This document shows positions 1 to 9,000 of a DNA stretch of 64,000 nt, in pieces. Position 1 is the stretch's first letter; each line of letters starts with the position of its first letter. A model generated the notes under the pieces. That model was not told the origin of the DNA. It worked only from the letters and a program-made list of their open reading frames with translations, and made no database searches. Source of the DNA: Schmidtea nova. Taxonomy: Eukaryota. Location of the stretch: NCBI GenBank assembly GCA_044892505.1, contig CM097882.1, positions 433,318,001-433,382,000 of the forward strand, given 5' to 3'. A program made the position numbers and the translations under genes.

Positions 1-660
1 AAATTATCAATATCAAATGAAAACTTACGTGGGTGTTAAATTTTAACTTTACATAGTTTAAGAGATTTAACATCTCATAGACAAATTGGAAGAAAAAATA
101 AATTATACACACAAGCACAGCACACAATGAAAAATGCATGCAAACTTTTAAAGTCAACATATTTTACGCGATTAAGAGATCTATAATAAATTTATTTATT
201 TTTTTAATTTTTGGGTAAAATTTGGAATATTTCCTAGGACAGTTGCCGAGAAAATGAACAAATAACGTCGTAAGTTTTATTTTAATGAATTTTAATATAA
301 AACTTCATATATTTTCGAAAATCCCCTTGAAATATTTTCAATTTATTGACAATTAAACATTTTTATGCAGCAATTTAGCTATTTTAGAGATCTCAGATAA
401 TGCAGTAAAATAAAATTTGGCAGTGCTTGAAATAACATACAATGAATAAAATTTTGTATAAAAATAGACAAAATTAGTATTCTAGATATTTACTTTCTAG
501 CTTTTGAAAACAAAATATTATAATGGAATTTCTGAAATTTACCAAATCAGAATAATCAAAGCCATGTAAAATGGCGAAAACTACTTCCGATTTGAAGATT
601 TCTTATAATATCCAAAAAAATATTTCAGAGATAAATAGAAAATTTTTAGTTAATAATTCT

Positions 661-673
661 TGTAGTGCCTCCG

Positions 674-754
<81 letters not shown>

Positions 755-1026
755 TATATAGTATATACAAATGTAGAGTTGTTTAAATAACCAAACTCAC
801 GGGCACAATTTAGAATCAACTAAAACACACTGGCACAAATTCGAAAAACAAAATACAAATCAAGATTGAATTCAATCAGCACAAGAGGATCGCAGCACGG
901 ATAGATTTCTTAATTAATAAAATTTATATTACTATTAACTCCAGTTTTTTTATTTCAGTTATGAAATCCGATTATGTTTCGTTGATATTTTTTCTCACTT
1001 TATAAGTCTCAACAATTCTTATAACA
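661..1026 (+). mobile_element. Probable diverged solo LTR related to the 7184-11122 element
   Basis: Starts TGTAGTGCCTCCG, identical to the first 13 nt of the LTRs at 11122 and 7681 (minus strand). Internal GAATTCAATCAGCACAAGAGG resembles LTR GAATTCAGTGAGCACAAGAGG. The 3' end (...ATAACA at 1026) is tentative; flanks ATTCT/AATCT are an imperfect TSD. Confidence 0.4.
675..748. repeat. (TA)n microsatellite
   Basis: Direct reading; it accounts for ORF 571..753. Confidence 0.98.
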
Positions 1027-2001
1027 AATCTTAATTAAAAATGATTATTTAACTTTTAATGTAAATAATTTCCAAAATATGTTAAATAATCATAAGTTCT
1101 TACAAAGTATTCAAAAATTAAATAAAAATAATATTATGAATTATAGAATAGAGATAATCTTTCAAAGCTTGTAAAGTGATCACATATGATTATGAAATCA
1201 AAATAAAAGCTTTAAAAGATATCTTTTAAAAAAATTACCTAATAGCCATTTAAAAAAATGGTTGAATTATCTTCAACAAAATATAATTATGAGTCACAAT
1301 TAGGTTTACACACTTGCGTGTTTTAAAGTTACTCTTAAATTATGGAAACAGGCATAACAGTCGGTATAATAAATGATAAAGCGCAGCCTATAATATCATC
1401 ACAAGTACAACAAGCACTTGATTGAGGGCAAGACTTATTTATTTACATACATAGAAAAAATTAGAAACGCTAAACAATATTTAGTTGAATTAATATGAAA
1501 CTGTTTTACGTATTGTTAGGAGTATCAATAATTTTTTTTTCTCTATAGGAGAGAGAAAAGAATTTAAATATTATCTAAAAGAGTTGACCTTTGCTTTGCT
1601 GTACACAATGAATAACCCCCACTAAATATCACAAATTCAAGAAGTGGAAATTGTAGCAGCAAAAGATATAAATTCCAATTTAATAGTAAATTTCGTTGAT
1701 AGAGTTTTTATTAAGTTGGAGATTAAGAAATTCGAAGATGAGAGATATATTTCACTTTGATATTTTTTTATTGAAAAACCATTTAGTTGTAGCAAGTGTG
1801 AGAATAAGTTCATAAATATTCACATTGCTGATAGATATGCGAGTTTAACTAGCACATTACAACCAGGCTAGCAAACCTTAACTTTCATTTCTATTAGATT
1901 AGGAAAGCCGCAAGCGATGGGGATAACGAAAACACAAATATTTTTAAATACAGAAAAGAAATTGTATGTTCCAGTTTACTAATTATCTATAGTAATTCTG
2001 T

Positions 2002-2469
2002 CAGGGCCGGCTCTAGCATTAGTAGTGCCCCGATGCAAAACTCATTTTAGACGCCCATTTTCTAGGAGTATTATTTTATTGGTTTTTTTTGACTTAATGT
2101 AACTCAATTGACAATGTTAAATTTGAAATAAAAACATTAAAAAATTAATAATGATCTTTTTCAACTGAAATACAGGTTTTATTTTATTTATATATATTTT
2201 TTATTGAAACAATATTATTCTATTACATAAAATACAATGAATAAAATTTTGTATAAAAATAGACAAAATTAGTATTCTAGATATATACTTTTCTAGCTTT
2301 TTGAAATTGCAAATTCATCAATTACATTATGAATTACATTATAATCTAAAACTGTTTTTAATGGTTTTTTAACATATTAAATAGAGATCAAAATTCTAGT
2401 TATTAAGCTCCCTTTACAAGAGGTGCCTCGATGCTTTGCATCCATCGCTTCCAGATAAAGCAGGCTCTG
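2002..2469. mobile_element. hAT-type MITE
   Basis: TIRs CAGGGCCGGCTCTA / TAAAGCAGGCTCTG; degenerate 8-bp TSD AATTCTGT / AATTCTAA. Confidence 0.6.
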
Positions 2470-3011
2470 AATTCTAATATTTTCTATAGTATTATTTAAA
2501 AGTTTATAAAATAAATTTATAGCATATTATTTTTCTAATCATCTAAAATCTTGCGTCTAAAATCAGGGGTCGCTAAGGTTCTGTATTAGATCCACAGTCA
2601 AAACTATTTCTTTTGTAAAAGTCGATGTTTCTAACATCTTGCTGGGATACAAATAGAAGAAGTGTAAGCTTCTAAATATCACCTGTAACGCCTGAATCAT
2701 AGAATGAATACCTGTTACTCGTCGTATTTCAAATCGAATTGGACTTTAAATTTCATGCTGAGAATAAAAGAGCCTTTCTTTTTAGTTTTTGCTTTGGTTT
2801 ACAGAATAATGTTGAATACTTCTAACTCACTGGTCGCTGGCTGCGTCTACGTTTGAAATCCCTCATTTAAACAGATTTTTTATAAATTGGTTTGATCATA
2901 GTTTTTCTAATTTAACTCTGCATGGCGGGTTATCCTGGCGTTCATGGTCTCATGAAAATCAGCCGATCTAAATATTATTCAATACTTTATATTATATAAC
3001 TAATATTACAG

Positions 3012-6000
3012 GAACAATTAGTACAAGTAAGCAGTGATAAAGAGATGAGTATGAAAACGATACGAAATTTTGAAGAAAAGATATGTTCAATGTCTTTCAA
3101 AGAAAAAGTCCTGGATAGTGCTATGAAGGAAAAAATTCATCAAATAGAAATTATCGAAGCTGAACTAACAACTCTTAAAGATCAACATAAAAATCTTTTG
3201 GATGATTATCGAAAAATCAACAGCGAAAAGGGAGATGCTGAAAGACTGATGAAAAGAAAAGAAGAAAAACATAGCCAAGAGGTTAAAGTTAATTTTGTTT
3301 GTTTTAAGATAAGTGAATAATTTAACAATTATTTATTGCTCCTAATTTCATATGCTCTTTTGCATAAATTAGCAACTTACCAAAATATTATCGACTTATG
3401 TGATTAATTCCTTTCGTAGATTTTCGTGTAAATTGAAAAATTGCGCAAGTCGAATAAAACTTAAAATCATCTAATATTTTTAAATAATATGTATTAGTTT
3501 CACAAGATTGTGGTGCCTAATAAAAATGTTGTCTTATAAAAATACCAAAATAATAATTATTTTTTAAAATATAATATAAATCAATTTTAAAGATATTATA
3601 ATTTTTTTTACAGTTGAAATTTTTTTTGAAAATTTTTTGAAAATCTTTTTTTGAAAATTGTTTTTTTACAGTTGAAAAATTTTTTTTTACAATTCAAATA
3701 TGATAATTAGTCGAACGTTTCTATCAGAACCCTAGTAGCAGAACCTTGCTAACAGAACACTAGTAGCAGAACATCTTTTGTGATGGTTTTTATCTGCCAA
3801 AGCTTATTACTCGAACATTTATTTATTACTGTTACAATTCAACTTCATTCAATATTAATTGTTCTAATATTCTCACCCATTAATATTTTCTACATTTCAC
3901 TACTTATCATATTTCAAATGAAAAAAAAAATTTTTCAACTGTAAAAAAAAAATTTTCAAAAAAAATTTTCAAAAAAAATTTTCAAAAATAAATTTCAACT
4001 GTAAAAAAAAATTATAATATCTTTAAAATTGATTTATAATATATTTTAAAAAATAATTATTATTTTGGTATTTTTATTAGGCAACATTTTTATTAGGCAC
4101 AACATTAGTTTCACAAGATAAGTGAAAATAAATTGGACATTATTATTTATTCAGGTACTTGTCTTTTAATTCACCCCAATTATTTTTAATCACTTATTCT
4201 AATGTTCAATTCTGTTAAATCATTCATTTAAATTTTCTTTTTACTTAGTGTTTTAATTTTTAGGAATTATAAATGTATAACCTTTATACTGTTTAGCTGA
4301 AGTTGCATAAATAAATAAATAACAAAATGTGTGAATACATGTGGCGTACACGTACAAAAGTTCGGTAATTGGATGTATTTAATGCGGTTCTCGCTGATAT
4401 TGTGCTATTTTGGCCACCTGTTTAACCTGTGACAATTAGTGTGCAAACAATTAAATAGAATACACTTAATGTTGTTTTATATAAGAATAAATGATTTTGC
4501 ATTCATTTCTTTAAAAAATAAAAAATAGAATAATTGGGGTGAATCAACAGACAAGTACCTTTATTCAGATACATATATACATAATAATTTCTGCTTACAT
4601 ACATTCAAGTACAAACTACTTATTAAATCACTGGTTAAGTGCTGTTTGCCATGTAGCCTTTTTCTTTTCTTCATAAATGATATTATAACATTCAATAGCA
4701 TCATTCACTGCTTTTGAAACCTTTGCAAATCGTTATGCATCATCGAGATCAGCTTTAATATTAAACCATCTTCATGGTTTTAACCCCTTCATTGCGGAGA
4801 ACGAAAGTCTCGTCATGAAAGTGTATTCCCATGGCGACTGACGAGCATGTCTCGTCATTTGTGTATTTTTTGTGCACAGTCTTTGGAACCCTGTAAGTTT
4901 TATTATAAAAAATGTTTCGTTTTAACAAAATTACATTACCAAATTATCCTGTCGCACACAACCTTTTTATATGGTTGCAGTTTAGGGGTTAAATTGCTTC
5001 CGTTATTCATTTTCTTGCTAAAAAAGTCTTTTTTCTCAGGTCCATCAAAACTTCCTTGGTCATTTTCGTTGAATAGCTGTTGATTACATTTACGAAATTC
5101 CTCTCTTCCAGATTTAGGTCCAGCTCTTTGTTGATTTCAACATTATTAACTTATGCAGTTGGGATACTATCTCATAAGCAATTGGGAGATGAACCTTTTC
5201 CATATGTTACTTGTCATAGATATTGAAATTTTATTCCAGTCTTCCTCAATATTTTTAGGAGCTTTTTAAAATTTTATTCTCTTTCCATAATTGGGTTAAT
5301 GATTTGCCGTTTAGTTCCTCAATCGCTCTAACTACCTATCTAAAAATGTTTCGTAATATTTTTAAATGTATGAATTACACCTTGAGCCTTGGTTGAATAA
5401 TGGATGTTGTATTTGGAAGTAGGAACATTCTTTTTTGTTTTTTAATTATATTCACCCGACGCATTATCAACAAAAAATAAAATATTAAATACTAGATTTT
5501 TTCTTTGCAATATTTTTCTACTTGTATAAAATGATAATGAAACCAGACTCTAAAAATCCTTAGAACCATCCATGCTCTTCGATTTGTTTTCCTAATCACA
5601 AGTAGTAATGATTTGGAAATATTCTTTAAGGCTCTTAGGTTTTCACTGTTAAATTAGAAGTGTTTTGATTTTGATCCATCAGCTTTTCTATCAAGTAAAA
5701 GTGTCAGCCTACCTTTAGACATCGTAAAACCTGACAGATTTTTATAGTTGGATTATATATGACCAACCTGACCTTTCTCCCAAAATTACCAAGTTTCGAA
5801 CTCATTAAAAAGTTTCTGTTTCAGATAATTCTAATTTTTTTGACTTTTTAAGACCACTCTTATATTTATTTATTCAACAATTCCGTTATTAATTTATTTT
5901 CTAAAATTTATTATTCATGCGAATACTTATTCAGTTGTCATGTTCCTTTTATTATTTGTATACTTTAAATGGTTAGCTTTTTCAATTATTCTCCTTTAAT

Positions 6001-9000
6001 ATATTCATTTTTGTTGTTAAAAATAGTTTAATTTCAAGCGACCAGACGTGCAATATTGTACCGCATCATGCAACATTTTCATCTCACGTACACCATCAAA
6101 TGAAAACAGTAAGTGTAACGCAACTAGAAACATAAGACATTTTTAAAATTCGAAATAAACTATATTTAAAAAAATTAAACGGTCAAATATAAACTTTTTC
6201 ATCTTTTAATGCTTAGAGACTTAAGCATTTAATAGCATTAATTTTTAATTTGATAGGTTTGTAAATTTTTGTTAATTGTTGTCCTCATACTATTCAAATA
6301 TAATTTATATCTATAAAATGGTGGTTTTTGATAGCAGCATTAGTTAAATATTAAATAAATAAAAATATTGGCATTTGCCGCAGTTTTATTAGGGGAAAAT
6401 TTTCGTTTATCAAATAATTTTTATCAACTATAATAAAAAATTTTCATTTACTAAAACTTTGCAACAAAGGCTTGTCTTGTTATTTATTAATTATGCCNNN
6501 NNNNNNNNNNNNNNNNNNNNNNNNNNNNNNNNNNNNNNNNNNNNNNNNNNNNNNNNNNNNNNNNNNNNNNNNNNNNNNNNNNNNNNNNNNNNNNNNNNNN
6601 NNNNNNNNNNNNNNNNNNNNNNNNNNNNNNNNNNNNNNNNNNNNNNNNNNNNNNNNNNNNNNAATTATACATATCAATGGGTATTAAAAATGATAAAGAT
6701 TTATAATTACTCCTGTCAAATCAGATGATATTTTCGGACCTCAAAAGCGATATATTTTGTCAGATGAACTCAAAGCTAACCGAAAATTGAGTGACAGTCC
6801 CAAAACCAAAAGAATAAAGACAGGAGCCGTATTGCAAATAGCTTATATCGTTCTATATTCATTACTTAATTTTTATTTTTTAATAATTATTAAATATTTA
6901 ATTAAATTTCGATTAAAACTTTATATATATATATATATACTGTTTATGATTTTTTTGACTAAAGTATAATTAATTAAAAAATTAAATTAAAGTAACATAC
7001 TATTAAATTAAAAATTAACACTAATAAATCCAAATTCACATTAGTAAATGAAAAAAAACTATATAACAAATCCCAGAAAAATATTTATAAGATATTAGAA
7101 TAATTTAGCATAATTGTTGTTTTGAATTTAGTTTATGTTTTATAATTTACTAGCTTCACTACCAGGATTTGGTTTATGGTATATTTAGTTGCTGCTAAAA
7201 TAATTAATAAGACAAAAAAAAATATATTCAATAAAACAAATTGTTCTTTCTTAGCTGCAGATATATCATCAGCTTTCACAGTTGAATTAATCTTCTTTTG
7301 CTTCATGAAATAGCTGTCTTTATTGCGCTCTGGAATATCAATGGTAGAAATATCTATCTTTGTGCTTGTAGCAATAACTGGGGTGATTGATTGTCTCATT
7401 CGCCTCTTGTGCTCACTGAATTCTTTCGTACGATTTGAGTTCTTTTTAATTGCAACATTCAATTGGTAACTTTGTGGTTTGCGTTGGGTTTTAATTTGTG
7501 CAGCTTCCATTTTTGTAAATTGCTTCTTGCTTGTCGTTTTTGAATAAGGTGAAAAGTCCATTTTTTTGTGATTTAAACAAATCGCATTTTTTTTATAAAT
7601 AATTAAATAAGTGATTTTAATATATAAATATTGATATTTAATTAAATAATATAATAACATATAAATAACGGAGGCACTACAATAGCCCCCGCCGAAGTAC
7701 GCGGAGCGTATGGGAAAGGCAAAACGTATTCAAGGATCTGAGTAAAAAAACCTGGGAGGCGAAAATCGATTGTTTTTGCGCCAGATAGCTTTACATGTGT
7801 ACCGTTCGCGGCTATGGCAGAGGATGAGCAGGGTGTGTCTGCGGTGAAGGTTGTGGGTAGGATTGAATATGATGAGTCTGTATCTGCGAGAAATGTTATT
7901 GTGCATTGTTTGGGTAGACCGTATTCTTCGAACGGTTGGGCGGTGATGGTGAAATTTCCAGGGATTGTGTTTAAAAGTGGTGTAGTTAGTGTTGCTTTAT
8001 TTATGGTGGAGGTGGTGGTATTTGGTGACAATGGAGACGGAGATGTGGTTTGTGGCGGCTGTGCTAGAATATGTGTGTAGTCTGTGCGGGTTTCGTTGTC
8101 GGAAAAGGTGAGTGGTGCTTCTGGTATTGTTAGTGGTGTATTTGATGGAATTGTGAATGTTGCTGCTGGTAGTGATGCAGGTGGTGCTCTGTGTGGTGTG
8201 TCGGGTAATGTTGTTGTCGTTGTTGCTAGTGTTGTGCAAGGTGTGCTGATTGGTTCTTGTTCAGGTGTTGGTGCTTGTATTGCTATTGGTGGTGGTGTCG
8301 TGTGAGGAAATAATACTGTAGAGAGGGTAGCGGTTGTTTCTGAGATGGTGCTTGCTGGTGGAGTTGATATTGTGTACGTTGGACGTGGTTTGCTGAGAGA
8401 AGAGGTGTTCACTGGCAGGAAGTCATCGGAGCGTCCAGGAATATCCGATGACTCAGTTAGTTTTTTGCATGAAGGTAACTGGTCGTGTGCCAAGTGCATC
8501 CATCTATGCACGATTTGGCTTCGTTCTTGAATAGATGGTGGTAGATACAGATTGGAATGACTGGGTTATGAGGATTGTGGAATTCGGAAGCGCAACCAAT
8601 GCAGCATTTCTGTGCATGCTTTTTGAATCGGCTGTGGAAATAGCAAATTAGTGGTGTGCTGCTAGTGGGTTGTACGTTCTGTGTGCGTGTAACAGGTGGA
8701 TGATTGGGGCGTTGTGCTTGCTGTAATGGAGGTGTATAATTGGAATACTTTGTGACGTTGCAGGTGTAGTGGTTTTCGGGTGAATGTGTTGCGTTGACAA
8801 TGGAGGGTGGCGGTGGTGGTGTGTAATTATCAGCGCGCGGTTTATGGGGTTGGAGTGCATAAATGCGATCAGCTATTTTAGCAAGATGGTACGGGTCTTC
8901 AGAGTCTACCAATGCGAGGGAGGTTTGTAGATTATATGGAAGAGCGGAGAGAAATTGGTGTTTCAAGAGTTAAATGTTTTTGGACAGATCTGGAATGGCG

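Noticed and set aside
571-753. 60-aa ORF ending in IYIYIY (also 21749-21931)
   Set aside because: Translation of (TA)n microsatellites.
1540-1900. Possible additional upstream exon of the coiled-coil gene
   Set aside because: All frames after the candidate AG close within about 10 codons.
4800-4850. GAAA...CTGACGA hammerhead-like words (also CTGATGA-TATC-GAAA at ~50770)
   Set aside because: Stems I-III cannot be formed convincingly, and the second lies in transposase coding sequence.
7814-8860. Plus-strand and alternate-frame ORFs over the gag/pro region
   Set aside because: Shadow frames of GC-richer Thr/Pro-coding DNA; no motifs.
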